A stretch of DNA of 64,000 bases from Camelus ferus (lineage: Eukaryota): positions 93,436,001-93,500,000 of the forward strand of contig NC_045697.1 of the NCBI RefSeq assembly GCF_009834535.1, given 5' to 3'. The position numbers and the translations under genes are program-made. The notes beneath the pieces were generated by a model. The model worked only from the letters and a program-made list of their open reading frames with translations. It searched no databases and was not told where the DNA came from. Shown here piece after piece: positions 1 to 13,950 of the stretch. Every line of letters begins with the position of its first letter. Position 1 is the first letter of the stretch.

Positions 1-2839
1 TTTAATCTATCCAAAGAAGACAAGGAGAAGGTAATTGAACTCAAATAATAACTTTGATGGTTGGCAGCTCTCTTGCCCTTCAGCTTCAAAGGCCTTAGGA
101 AAGACCTAGTAACACTAGATGTCCAAGAGATCAGGGAAGAATGGATTTAGGTGGGTGGCTTGGCTCCACAGCTATCAGGCGTAGGATGGGGGTAGAATTT
201 TCCCCTTTGATTATAGAGCAGTGATGTAGTATATCACTAAAGTGTTTCAAGCTGGATATTATTGATATATTAATTCTGTAGCTGCCTTTTATAGGTTCTA
301 GAAGAAATAAAAACTAGTGTGCAGAAGCTGCATGCATTCTGAACAGTAGAGATAGGACTTAAGCCTGCAAGCACCACCCTAAGTCATTCTATTTACTACT
401 GAATTTTTATCTTAGATTCTTCTACTAAACAACACTTAGATATGCATGTTACCATATCTAATTCCTCTCATTGACGTCTTTCACGTCATTTTATAATCTA
501 AGTCATATCACATTTATTCACCTTTATTTTATACTTTAAAAAGTTAGCTTATTCTATTGTCAGTTTTCTTACACTGTCTTCTACTCTGTTTGGAAAGATA
601 TCCATCTACCTAGAATATCCTTTCCAATATTTGTAATCTAAGCCATTTTTGCTGTCAGTTATATAGATATTTGCCATGTTAATTGGTCATTTATACATAC
701 TTGTGCTTTATTCTAGAATAGGCTGTAAAAGACCTGAACATTTTATATCTTATTCTTATTTTATATCTCTTCTAGTCATTCAGAGATTATAATGAACTTG
801 AAGATTAATCACTTTAATTGATTGACATTTTCCTAAATGTCATCAGCCAATTTCTGCATATAAAGTAAAGAATCTGAGTACCCATTTTGTTCTTCTTTTA
901 CTTAGGTGCACAGTTAATTAATGTATATTCTAAGAACAAGATATAAAATTATTTCAGATACATCTTTCCCCAAAATAGAATTGTAAGATTAAAATATTCT
1001 AATATACTTTTAAAATATGTGTTAGAATTCAGTAGCGCTTATTTTTTATTTAGCAAAATACTACTTAAAGCATAGTGCTAAAAGCAAAATAAATTAGGCA
1101 ATAACTAATGCTACTTGTAAGACAAAATTTCATGATCTTAAGAGAAATAAAAACAAAGCTGTTTTTTCTCTGCAGTGTCATATCAACAATAGATGAAAGA
1201 AATCATATGATTTGTGCATATATATATGTGTGATAGCTTATTTTAAATTTTAAAAACATTTTTGGATTATTGAAATTATAGCCATTGCCACTTTTCCCAG
1301 ATTAATATCCTGGCTATTTTACAAGGAAAAATAAACTAATAAAATGCATAAATATAACTATTTCATTAGAATCTTAGTGTGTTTTGATAGTTAAGTTGGT
1401 GCATATGATTACATGGATTGTCCATTTCCATAAATCATCAGCCTAGATTAATCGGGATATTTACTAAATATAAAAGGTACCTTTATTCATTGCTATTTGA
1501 AGGGATTGTAAAAATTATAGTAGTAAATAAAGACTAGCTATGTACTTCATATTTGAAGTTATAACTACTATCCACTTATTTGAAGAATGGTACATTTTTT
1601 ATATTAATGTATTTTCAGTTTTATAATAGCAAACATTGCCATAAATTGTCAAACATGAAAGCAGAATACATTAGTATCTATTATTAAACTAGAAGTTAGA
1701 AAGGAGAGAAACTTAGATATACAGAGTCCAGGCAGAGAAACCAAGAACACAGTGATTGCAAAGATTCGTGCAAGGGTCAGTCTACCTCTTCTGGGGATAT
1801 AACTACAGACCCACAGCACCTATGTTCAATGTAGATACTAAGAATGAGTTTCTGTAAAACCATTCAGAAGCTATCAACTCTGCACACCCAATCTTATCCA
1901 ATATTAAGGTCTGACTAACTCGAGGCAGCAGTCATGAGTTTAGAGATTTGGGGAGAAACTACCACTACAGCAATTAGAGGTCTCATATTGCAGCATATTT
2001 CAAATTAAATCAAATATTTTATGAAGTGGAATTCATAATTTTGATCTAATTCATATTTCTGTGGGAAATAGCTAAATGAATACATAATATAATTTAAATG
2101 ACTATGTTAGTCCTAAATACCGTTATTTAGATATGTTCATATACTTGTTACATAGTTTTCATTATAAAAGCATATTTTGAATGTTCGTAATGTTGGCTAA
2201 CTACTTATCAGAGGTTTATATATTCTTTGGGTGGCAAAAGGAGGGACCCTTTAACTTGTCATCCTGTAAATTTTGTTCACTACATGAGTAATGCAGATAC
2301 TGAGATTAAATATATTTCAGTAACCAGGCACTGAATATAAGCATAGATGAAATTTCTTCTTCTGATAGAGAAGACACTTCAGTTAATACTAAATTTGACA
2401 TTGTGTACACCTGAGGACCTTCAACAGCCAACTAATTTGGACAGATGATTTACTGAAGACAAACCAGAGAGTGAGTTATTAAAGCAATTATCTATAAATG
2501 AGAATGAGAAATCTTAAATCCCTTTTATTCAAATCTCAAGTGGTTAATACATGACTCTGCATGAATCATATAAAAGATTCTTTGGATTTCCTAGCTGACC
2601 TCATCTGGAAAGCTGAATTTGTCATTTAAGCATCCCATCCTCCTGAATACAAAGAACAACAAAACAAAAAAAGTATTTTGTTCCTTTTTCATTTAGTCAA
2701 CATTACATCAACATATAAAAGTACATGGAAGAACAACAGTTTGAAAAATGATAAAAAGCAAGTTAGAATATAAAGCTGTTATAAAAGATTGCCCTTGTTC
2801 TAACTTGTTTTTTCAGTCATCATTATTCAATCATCATCA

Positions 2840-3477
2840 CAGTCAATCATCATTATTAATAGATCCATATTTACAAATTTTCCTACTCCCTATAATTTAT
2901 TTGTAACCCCCAAATTGATCTTTCTTAGCACTTCTGTGGTCATTTGCAGACATGTGCAGAGAGAGGGAAAATTTGAGTCATCTGCACATTCCCGTCTGAG
3001 GTCAAACAAGATGGCTCTAATTTCTTGTTTCAGCTCTTATACTATAAATGTGTCCTCTCTGTGATCTATTTAATGCATTTTTTGGGGATGGTTATGCCTT
3101 TTATTGGTGATTTCACAGTTTAAAATGCCCCCCAAAAATGTGATGCTAAAGTGCTCTCCAGCGTTCCTAGGCACAAGGCTGTGATGTGCCTTACAAGGAA
3201 AATAACCTGTGTCAGATAAACTTCATCCAGGCATGAGTTACAGGGCTGTTGGCTGTTCTTTCAATATTAATTAATCAATATATGTATTAAATAAGGTGTC
3301 TCTAAAGAGAAACACACATAAAAGAAGATTATGTATTGTTTGGTTGATGAAAATGTTGAGAACAAAGGCTCACAAGGACCTATCTCTATTTCACTTAGGA
3401 GCAAGGTTTCAGTATTTGCTGATTGAGTGTTCCTGGTGACTTTACAGAACGTAACTACCATAGGTAAGAGTCAACTG
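2840..3477. mobile_element. MER82-like TcMar-Tigger non-autonomous DNA transposon, near full length
   Basis: Starts cagtcaatcatcattatt and ends agtcaactg followed by TA. Internal blocks (atttatttgtaacccccaaa, ggctgtgatgtgccttac, gcatgagttacag, aaataaggtgtctctaaa) follow the recalled MER82 consensus in order. Confidence 0.85.
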
Positions 3478-3487
3478 TATGTGTGGC

Positions 3488-3489
<2 letters not shown>

Positions 3490-3533
<44 letters not shown>
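3490..3533. repeat. (TG)n microsatellite
   Basis: Pure TG run seen directly. Confidence 0.97.
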
Positions 3534-3534
<1 letters not shown>

Positions 3535-4697
3535 TATCTATCAAAAGATAAATTTAATATTATATAAGGAAAATAATCACCAGTTAAATATGTGAGCTCT
3601 TAGGTTGAGAATGGGGGTATCATTTCAGACTCAGCATATTTAACTGCTGATGATTGTTAGCCAGTTTATAATTTCATCTTTAATGCATAGACCTGATATT
3701 TGTACATTAAATATTCCAGGTTGTACATATAAAAATTCTCTTGATGTTTACTAGCATTTTAGCCATCAGAGGTATTTCCAGAGTGATAGCTGTTGTGTTT
3801 TTAACTGCTTTTTCTCCCCTTTATGAGATGAAGACTCATTTTTGTTAGCTTAGCTCATTTTAAGCTAAGATCTTCATATTGCTGAAGTTTAATGACTAGA
3901 AGTGATCTTGACTCTAAACTCTGAGTAAGTTCACAAACTAAAAGTCTTTCATGCTGCCTGTTTTCAAAATGGATTTAATAAACATTATTTCTACATCTTA
4001 AGTATATATATATAACATTAATATATTAATGTTTTATATATGTATGTATGTATATATACATATGGAAGGAGAGGAGAGAGAGAGTGTGCAAAAGGTTGGG
4101 GGAGAGACCCATTGTAGCTTTGGAGTAAGGATGAGTGAGTTTGACTTTCAATGGGTAATTCTGATTACAGGTTTTGTGATTTCAGAAGTCGCATAATTCC
4201 CTTAATCCTAGGATGCTCCACTTTTAAATCAGCAATAATGATGTATTTTTAATTAACATTATTGAAGAATAATTTACACTCACTAGAACTCTTATAACAA
4301 TTTTAAGTGTACACATTCTTGACTTGTGACAAATACACATACGCTTGTGTTCCACTCTGAGCTCCATGGCGGCTGCTACATGTGAAGCAGGGGCTTGTAT
4401 GCTTATTTCTTCCTCTTTCTTTATGCAAACACATTCCATTTCTTATTAGTGACTCTGTTCCCTGTTCCCTCTCCCACTAGAGATTTCTGATATTTCAAGG
4501 GAATCTCACTATGAAACTGTCTCCATAGCATGTCAGTCTTGGCCATGTCTTACCTACACACTTTTCTGTGAAATAATTAGAGATTGGGGAGGCATTTGCT
4601 CTCTGCTGATTCTTGGCTTGTAGGCTTGTAATACTTTCTACAATAATTTGTAATTATCTGTGTTCCATGGAAGTAGTGATGGATTTACCCACTCCCT

Positions 4698-5040
4698 TGT
4701 CATAATTTGGATTCTCTGGAAAAGAGGGATATACAAAATATTATTGGTGGTAGCACCTGTGAAAAGAAAAGTGAAGGAGGAGGACTAGACAAGGTTAACT
4801 GCTTTCCTGCAATGAAGATATGATTGGGAGCCCAGTGAGGAGGTCAAAGCATAAACTGCCCATTAGAGGTGTGCCAGTCAGGGTGGGAATGAGGAGGCCA
4901 TCGTATCACTATTTTGTTTAGTCGCTGGCTGGTGGCCATCCTGAGAAGAGAGTCTTCTTAAGAGCTACCATCATGCTCACTCACTGGCTGAGGGTCACCT
5001 TCAGAATAGCATGTCCTTGGCTTCTCTGGGTCATGGTTTT
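4698..5040 (-). mobile_element. Old ERVL LTR fragment, LTR16-like
   Basis: Motifs tttggattctctggaaa, actgcccattagagg and tcgctggctggtggccatcctgagaagag resemble the reverse LTR16 consensus. Boundaries approximate. Confidence 0.55.
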
Positions 5041-5129
5041 GGAAGGTGTGCCAGGGCAGAGATTATGAAATGTGCCCAGGGCTGAACTTTCTGCTTATGG
5101 GGCAGAAGATTGAGCAAATACAGGGGAGA

Positions 5130-5610
5130 CTGAGCAAATAAGTAAAGGATTACTGATGATTAGAGCCAGATTTCTCACTGTGCAAATATGAAAAAGTAGA
5201 TACTAGAATAAATCCTGCAGTGTTGGATTAAAATTGGAGGGAATGGGGTGAATTTAACAGTTTTTAAGATAGATAGATAGATAGATAGATACCTAAAGAT
5301 AAATATAGAAATATGTATTTCTAAACACCATTCTTGACTTAAAATTAAAGGAAGAACTAAAGGTCCTTGGAGAAGTGGTTGGCTCCAGAAATAAGGCACA
5401 AAAATTACCAGTCAAGACCGGAAGAAATTCTACTAAAAAGTAAGAAATTACTCAGAGAATGTTGGGAGTATGCCTAAGAGCTTTAAGGGGCTCCTACTGG
5501 ACAAGACTGGAATAATTTGGGAAAAAGTATTATATATAAAATAGATTGTAAATTGTGAATTAAATACTGGACAAGACTGGGATAACTTGGCAAAAAGTAT
5601 TATATATATT
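5130..5610 (+). mobile_element. Degraded L1M 3' UTR fragment (L1MC4-like) containing (GATA)n
   Basis: gagccagatttctcactgt and ggggctcctactggacaagactggaataatttg resemble the L1MC3/4 3' UTR. Confidence 0.5.
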
Positions 5611-7499
5611 ATATATATATATCTATATCTATAAAGTATTATATATAATGTATTATATATAATATATAATTAAATAAAATGTGTCATAGTATAAACTATA
5701 AAGCACTCTATAAGTAGTATCACTTAACATTTTTGTTAGGACAGATTCCTGCCTTCTTGCCTTTTTCTTCTTGGGTATATATATTATGTTCATAGTACAG
5801 AATTTGGCACTTAGTATTTCTGAATCAATTTATTGCTTAATTTAATGTTTATATTATGCTTGTTTTTATACGTTTAAATGTGTATAGTTTTTAGTATGTT
5901 TTTATATGTTTATATGTTTGTAGTGTGCTGTTCTTTGCATTTCTGTAATGATTTTGACACAGTAACTTAGTCGAAGTTTACTTAGTGTCTGGGAAAAGTT
6001 AATTCAGTTTCTATAAAGTATTTCGTTTACTATCATTAGCTGCTTTAGGCCCTGGGAGAATCTACCTTATCTCTATTATTTTCACTGTCTTCAAAGTAAA
6101 CAGAGGCTGGTATTGTTATCACATCTTGGAAATAGGAAAATTGAATCCTGGAAATTTAATGGCTTGCCAAGGTCATTTTAACTTGAAAACACAGCTGAAT
6201 CCATATTTCATGTGTAGAATAAATTTTTAAAAAATTATAATCATACATTTGGGTATTTGTGAAGGGTTACAATTTAAAAAATCAACAGGAAGATAAACTA
6301 TTTCATGGCACCTAGGCGATCAATGATAATGAATATTATGTAGATTTATGTGTGACAATAAGGCAGCTAGGCAAGGTTTTGAAATATAAAAAATATACTA
6401 TAATTTCTCATTTTCATTTGTGCCATGAGCTCACTGGAATAAATGAAAACCTCCTCTCTTCTTATGATTCTTAGTCCTATGCTAATAACATAGATTTCAT
6501 TGCTCACACAGACTCTAATAAAGGTAACTACTAACCGTATTATTGACAAACAAGCTTCCATTAGCTGATTTCACGGAAGAGTAATCTATTTGGCAATTGC
6601 TTGAATAAAATTATTTCTATATCCATGCAAATTATACTATTTTGCAAATTATATTGCAATTTTGATCACCCTATCTGTTAGCATAATTTGTAGCATTTAT
6701 TTATAAAGCTTAGATTTTATGTAGATATTGAGATTAGCTAAAATAACCACAAATATAGTATTTTCTGGTTTTCACATTATTAAACATAAACTTTTGAAAA
6801 TGATCTTTTCCATTAAATTTTTCAAATATCCCTTGTTATAACATATTTGAAAATATTCACTTTTTTGTTGGATTTATGCCTGCTAAGGAGACAAAAAAAT
6901 AATTTCTGGCCCACTTTAAAATGTCTTTAAATATAAGTATTTTATGGAAAATTATGAATTTCAGAGACCTATAGCTATTTAATGTGTTTTTATGTAATGG
7001 TTGTGTGATGTTTAAGAGGTTACTGAAAAGTACCTCTTTCTATACCAGTATTATTGACTTTGTATATGATGTACACTATTGTTTACTCTATTAGGCTGAA
7101 ACATTTTAAAGGACACACTGGGTCATTTTAAAATGTGTTTTATAAGAATATATCATTTTGATAACCAAGCAGTTATCCTCCTGTAGTAGTATTCTTTTTC
7201 TTTTATGGTAAGATTCTTGGAAATTTTATGATCAGAATTAGAATGAAAGGGTCCTGTATTATAAGCAAAAAAATTCTCCCTCTCACAAATTATAATGAGT
7301 TAGTATAACCCAATATAAAATAGAATTCCTTAATTTTATCCTGGAGACAACTAGATTATTTCGGTTCTAACACATCTATTGTGATCAAAGCATGAAAGTA
7401 TTAACATGTGCCTTTTTAAAGCTTCACTTGGTGAAAGCTAGAACTTTCCTGCACTGCTAAATGTTAGATTATATTTCTTAAATAAAATCACAAACATTC

Positions 7500-8034
7500 T
7501 GTAATAGTCAAGATTCTCCAGTAAAACAGAACCAATATAGGTAGACAATAGATAGATAGACAGATAGACAGATAGACAGACAGACAGACAAATGTGTGGG
7601 GGGTGTGTGTGTGTTTGTAAAGAGATTATGAGGAATTGACTCACATGATTATGGAGGCTGAGAAGTTCCACAATCTGATCTGCAACTGGAGACCCAGGAA
7701 AGCCAAGAGTGTAGTTCAAGTCTGCGTCTGAGGGCCTGGGCGGATAGCTGATGGTATAAATACTGTTCAAGGGCAGGAGAAGACCGATGATGCCCCAGCT
7801 CAGTGGTCAGGCAGAAAGAGTGGATTTTCCCTTCCTCCACCTTTTTGTTCTGTTCAGATCCTTGATGGATTGGATTGCTCACCCACACTGCAGACCACCT
7901 GCTTTACTGAGTCTGTGGATTCACATGCTAATCTCTTCTTGAAATACCGTCGTAGACACACTCAGAAATTATTTTTATCTAGGTAGCTGGGAATCCTGTG
8001 GCCAGTCAGGCTGGCACATAAAATTAACTTCATA
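7500..8034 (-). mobile_element. MLT2 (ERVL) solo LTR, MLT2B-like
   Basis: Begins tgtaatagtcaagattctccag...aacagaaccaata, has a GATA/GACA/TG expansion at the usual position, then gattatggaggctgagaagttccacaatctg, and ends gcacataaaattaac. Confidence 0.85.
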
Positions 8035-9264
8035 TTTTATGTATTTCAGAACTTATGTAATTCACGTTGTAGTCCAATCTTCCTTAGTGCCTTCTGCGTA
8101 GAGTAAATGCTGTTACATGGTATATGCAGAAATTTTTTTTTATATTTAATATATAAAAAGAAAATTATGTTAACAACATGTCCAATCAAGAACTTTAATG
8201 TAAAATGAAATTTGACCTTGTAACTTAGGAAATTTCAGCATTCTGAGTTTGCCCTAATTATGTGAGTTATGAATAGGAAATGTAGTTCACAGAAATGTGC
8301 CTTCTAAAGAACCAGCAGACAAAACTAATCATTGCAACATATAGATGGCTAACCTTGGTGCCCCAAATTAACAGCTGACTCTACTCTAACAAGGGTCAGG
8401 CAATCAAAGCAATTTTATGTTTTATAGATAGGTGTAATTGAGGGGCATACATTTGTATTTTTATATAATAAAGTTGTCTAATACATAATACTTCATATAT
8501 AACAAATGAAGTTTAATATATAATAAAATGTCCCTAGTATTAAAAAGTAACATTTCCATGAATAAATATGTTTATTTAAGTTAATAAAGTCAATTAATAG
8601 AAAACTTTGGAAGTATACATTCTTCTCCTGGTTGCTGATACAGTATCTTTTTCCTTTGTTTACTTCTGTAATTCTTCTGGCTTGAAATAAAATTCTCACT
8701 TGTTTTCTTTCTTCCGAGTCTGAGAGCTTAAAATTCACATTCATTCTGGTAGCACAGTGTACAACTCAGCTGGGGTGAATTTTTACCTCAGGCTTATTTT
8801 CCTGCTCCTCCTAAGAATTTAATTAGCTAATTAGCTTTCTCAGGTGTAAGCAACAGATGCCTCACATCTGCTCTTAGTATGTGACTAGCCAGGAGCACAT
8901 TTTCCCTTACTTTGGACTGAAGAAATTCATTGTGTCTCTTTAGTTGGCTTTTACTTGCACACGTGATTCCAACTGGTCCTGGAACTAATATGTTGGTCCT
9001 TAATATTATTTCTCCCCAAGGAAATCAACCTATTTTGTCTTTCAGTTGTGCTGTAGGATCCATTATTGTTCCTTTCTTTCTCTCGCTGTCTAGCTCCCTG
9101 GCTTTTGTCTGTGTCTCCGTACTCCTTGCATCGAAACAATAAGCCTTTTTGTTCTGATGTAGTTTGGCTTTTACAGACTGGATATCGTCTCATTAACTCT
9201 CGGAGCATGTGTTGACTTTTTTTTTTTCTTCTTACCACGTACTTATTTATATTACTTGATTCCC

Positions 9265-9780
9265 TTAGAAGTAAGCGACAAAAATCACTGGCTTACGTGA
9301 ATCAGAGTTATTTTATGGGCTTCAGTTGGCTTGGAGAATCATCCAGAAGAATGGAGGAATCTGTTGGGAAGTAGAAGGAAACAAAGGGAGGCCACAAAGC
9401 CAGAACTAAGGCAAAATCTTAGGACAGAACATTCTGAATAAAAGTCATCCTGATTGCCCACCAACCCCGCCGGCACTGAAGTCACGGTGGCTGTACTGCA
9501 TTCTGTAGAAAGTGGATGCTGCTGCTTTTACTGCAGCTATTAATGCGGGATCTTCATCAGACTTATTTTGTGCCACCCTAGCTCCCAATTCAAAGTCTGG
9601 TGCTGAAGCCGTCAGTTATCTGGGCCTCCATCACAAGTCCACACACACTAATCTTCAGCCTCTACAAAAGAAGTTTAAAATCAGTCTTTTACTGGAAATT
9701 AACAGTGAAAACCAACCCAAATAGGAGTAAACAGTAAAGAACCAGACCATCTATACAAATGCAGAAGTCTACTACTTTGG
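9265..9780 (-). mobile_element. Very old MaLR LTR relic (MLT1K/L-like)
   Basis: Weak resemblance only (gtaagcgacaaaaatcactggct; caaagtctggtgctgaagc; agtctactac). Confidence 0.3.
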
Positions 9781-12700
9781 TGCAGAAAAAAATGGTATCA
9801 TAAAATCATAAATACAAATGCCTAAAATCACACAACATAGAGTTGCAAAGTTTTTTAGAAAGAATATGCCAGGATGATGGAAAAGTTTCATATTTTGACT
9901 GAGAAATGATTAAGTATTTGCCCAGATTGATCAAATCTGTGCTATATATGTGTGGGGGGGTATGCACACACATATGTCAGTAAGTAGCATGTGAAAAATT
10001 ACGTTCTGTTAGAATTTCTGTCTGCATAATTCACTTTGATATGTAGCACTGAGCATATTTGATGTAATCCCATTTCTAATATATACACAATATAGAGATG
10101 ATATATAGAGATATATAGTATACATGTATTATAAATTATATAAATGTTATTCACATTTACACACACACACACACACACCAGTATACAAATATCCATAAGA
10201 ATAAGATCCAATAGAAAGCAAAATCAGAATTTGCAAATATCCTACTTAAAGAATGAAAATGTGTTGTTTCTTACTGTAATCCACATATATACTTGAAGTA
10301 CAAATTTATGCTGTATTTAACTTTTTTTTAATTTCATATGTTTCAGAGCCAGCTAGTCTCTGTCAACATTTCTTTGAGCCAAGATGTCTTTTATCAATCC
10401 TAAATTTTATTCTAGTTTCTTAACTTAAAAATATAAAGCATTTGTCAGCAATTTCTTAAGATGAAAAAAAGAAGTAATAATTAGGCTGCAATTCAAGTTT
10501 TATAGTGTCATATTTGCACCACTATAATTAATCATCTTCAAGATTTTCAGTTGCACTCTTCATATATATTTTGTTATTTATAATTATACTTCAAGAAAAT
10601 CACTTCTCATTTTTTTTAAATTGAGGAGAAAATCAAAGCTTATTTTTGAGCTAGAATATTTAACAAATTTTGCAAAGAAGTAAATAATTTCTTCTTCAAA
10701 TAGTATGACCATTCCTCTTCTCAACAATTTCACCTGGCTAACAATATTTTGTTTGACAGTACTAGAATATAAACTGTTTAGAAACACTATACAAAAATTA
10801 CATCAACTAAATAACAATTTGTGACCATTTCCTATACATACGTGGATTAAATAGGGAAATATCTTTATGTGGGTATAGAAAATTAATGATTAAGAAGGGA
10901 AAAATTATCTTACAGCAATATATTATCATTGAATTGTGTCTATATATATTATATAGTACAAATATATATTCACATTTTAAAAATTATATACTAAAGTTCC
11001 ATAAAGTCTTCAAAAATATTTTTTAGAGTAAGTTCATAAGAGGGCTGCAGAAGTTCAATACTAAATTAATGACGGCAAAGAGGACTCAGGCATGTATAAA
11101 ACACTATGAATTTTTCTCGGACTGAGCCCTACTCCATCCACATTTGTGTTATATTCCCTGTCTTTGCTGAGGGTTTTTTTTCTTTTTTTTCTTTTTTTTT
11201 TTTTTTTTTTTTTTGCCTTTTACCCAGACGTTTTCTGTTTCTTACACTTGTATCTGAGGTGGGAAATTTAGATATTTTACCAGTTCATTGTATGCTCTAG
11301 GTAATAAAATGTAGACTTCTTGCTACTTCTTAGAAACTAAATGAAGCTATAAACCTGAATGGGGAATACAATTAAAGGTCTATCATCTTAGTGGAAACGG
11401 GCTGAGATGTGACTTGCAGGTTTCTTTTTTTGCGTGATGGAATGTGTAGTGGAGGGTAGGGATGCTGATGAAAGCCTTCTTCATCTGACAAACTGCTTGT
11501 AAGCCAAACATTGTTAGAGTAGCGACATCCTGGAGCAGTTATCAGGTATTCTTGCTCTCCAGAAATTTTGATCTTCAAAGAAGTTTTTTAAAAAAGTCCC
11601 TGAAAGTCTCAAGTTGAGATAGCAGTTTCAAATGTCTATTTTTTAAATAAACATGTTTTCATACAACTTATTTGAAGTATGTTTTCTGGCTTACTAATTA
11701 AATAATAATCTTGTGAAGGACAGTATCCAGTCAGATAACTTTTCTTCATTGCAAATTGTACATTGCAATAATTCAGACACATACTAATCAACATCTAATT
11801 ATTTAGAATTTAAGTATTTTCAAATGTAACTAAGCTAATTTAAAAAATTAATTCAGAAAAACTTTTTGTGTGTGTGTATGAACAATTGACTAAATTTTAC
11901 TTTCCCTAAACTCATTGGAGTATTTGTAGTTATACCTTAAACCTTTATCTTTTTTATACTGAGTCAATTTCTAGGAAGTCAAAAAAAGGTAGCTAGTGTA
12001 TGCAACATTAAACAAAAATTACTTTTTTTTCCTGATAACTGTTTTTAAGATTTTACAGGAATTAAATGTGGAATTTATAAACTGCAGCAACATAAACATT
12101 TATTAAATTATATTAAGTGATTAATTTTAAAGATAAATCCACATTTTCTCAGTATCTGAACATAGTTTTTTAAAATCTATATTAATTATATATAAATTAC
12201 TAATACTTAATACATATCAAAATACTTAATATATATAAATTATATCTGATAAGTCTATCTTCAAAGCAATATTTTTATTGTGTACTAATATTGTACATTA
12301 AAATGTGACTGTTACTATGTAATTTCAGTATTATTTGACATATATTATAAAAAGAAAACAATGACTTAAAATATACAATGATGCAAACACACACAAACAC
12401 ATACTCACCATGAAAAAGGTATGTACACCCACTGTAGGTCTTTATTTCTTGAGGAAATAATAGTCTAATTGTGAAATTTGGACACAATTTAAAAAGGATT
12501 ACAATATGTATGTATTTCTGAAATTTCAGTACTCTGACAAAAATACAAACAAATGAATAAATAATTTTTGTCAAAAAACACAGACATTATACTCCTAAGC
12601 AGTACACCAAAAATAAAGCAAGTATAAAAATCAGAAATACCACTGTCTTATTGTTCCTTGTGGCAGTTTAAGTAAATTAAATTATTCAATTTCCATAAAG

Positions 12701-13749
12701 AAAGTTGGGAAGCAATGTAGAAATCAGAAATAAAATAAACCTTTGTGCTATAATAAATACTAAAATTATTACTAGATGTTCTGTTTCAAACAAGTTTTGT
12801 CAATGTAAGTATACATACAAATATTTATTTTCAGGGCTTCTTCAGTAATAATAATATAATAATAAATACTTCATTGGTAAAAAGGTATTGAATTATGAGC
12901 TTCTCTATCCAGAGGTTATGGATTGACAAACTGTATCATCTACATTATTTCTCTATTTTTTAAAATTTTACTCTTATAAGTGTATCTGTGTGGAAAAGTA
13001 GAATTGTATTGTATACAGGTGAGATGGCTTAGTAGTTGGATGATTAAATAATTATAGATCTATGACAATTCCACTAAGTTAAATGATGAAGTCATGATTA
13101 GAATACTATAGGGTTTGTGATTCATAGATTCAGTTTTTCTGCATTGGATGTGTTCTCTCATTTTATGGAAAACTTAAACCTCTGTACCAGAACCTTTGGG
13201 AAGTCTCAAAATTGTTAGTGAAGCAATTTTATTGGCTTTGCATTACCTGTATATGACCCTAAGGATATTTTCAGGATATTCTCTTTTCTCAATACCCAGA
13301 CAAGCATATTTATATTACAGATCACACAACACAAAAGGTAAAATGATATACCTCAATATTTTATTAAAAATACTAAATTTCCCATTGGCATCCGAGTTAC
13401 TATAAGTCTTTTGTGGATAGATTATTCCCTTTGCTCATTTAAAGAAGAATACAAATAGAGCATTAAAAAAATTCCAATAGAAGAAGCTTAGAAGATTTGC
13501 TTTAGCAAATATTAAAACAATAGTTATCAGACTAAGGGTTCCAGGGTGGGATAAATTCTTCTTGAGACCAAAAATGTATATTAATTTATGATCTCATAAA
13601 ATGATATATTTTACAGCCAAGTGGGAAAAGAGAAAGAATTTTTCTCTTAATAGGAAAAGTGGAAATAATTTCAAAGAAAATATCCTATAACCTTCAATAT
13701 TCATTGAATTTAACTATTTTTCCTAAAGTTTAGAGAAAGAAGACTGTTA

Positions 13750-13950
13750 CTTTATTTATTCATGGCTTTAACGCTTATTGAGTGCATATTAATTTTGGGG
13801 AGTATTTTAGGTACGAGATACAATAGATTAAAATCAGAACAATTTTCTGGTTTTTTGGAGATTGCATCTAGAACAGAGAACATAAAATAACAGATGGATA
13901 AACAAACATATAATATAATATCAGTTATAAGTTCTGTGAAGGAAAATCAT
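13750..13950 (-). mobile_element. L2 3' end fragment
   Basis: tttattcat...ttattgagtgc...ttttaggtacgagatacaatag...tttggagattgcatctag is a typical reverse L2 tail. Confidence 0.6.
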
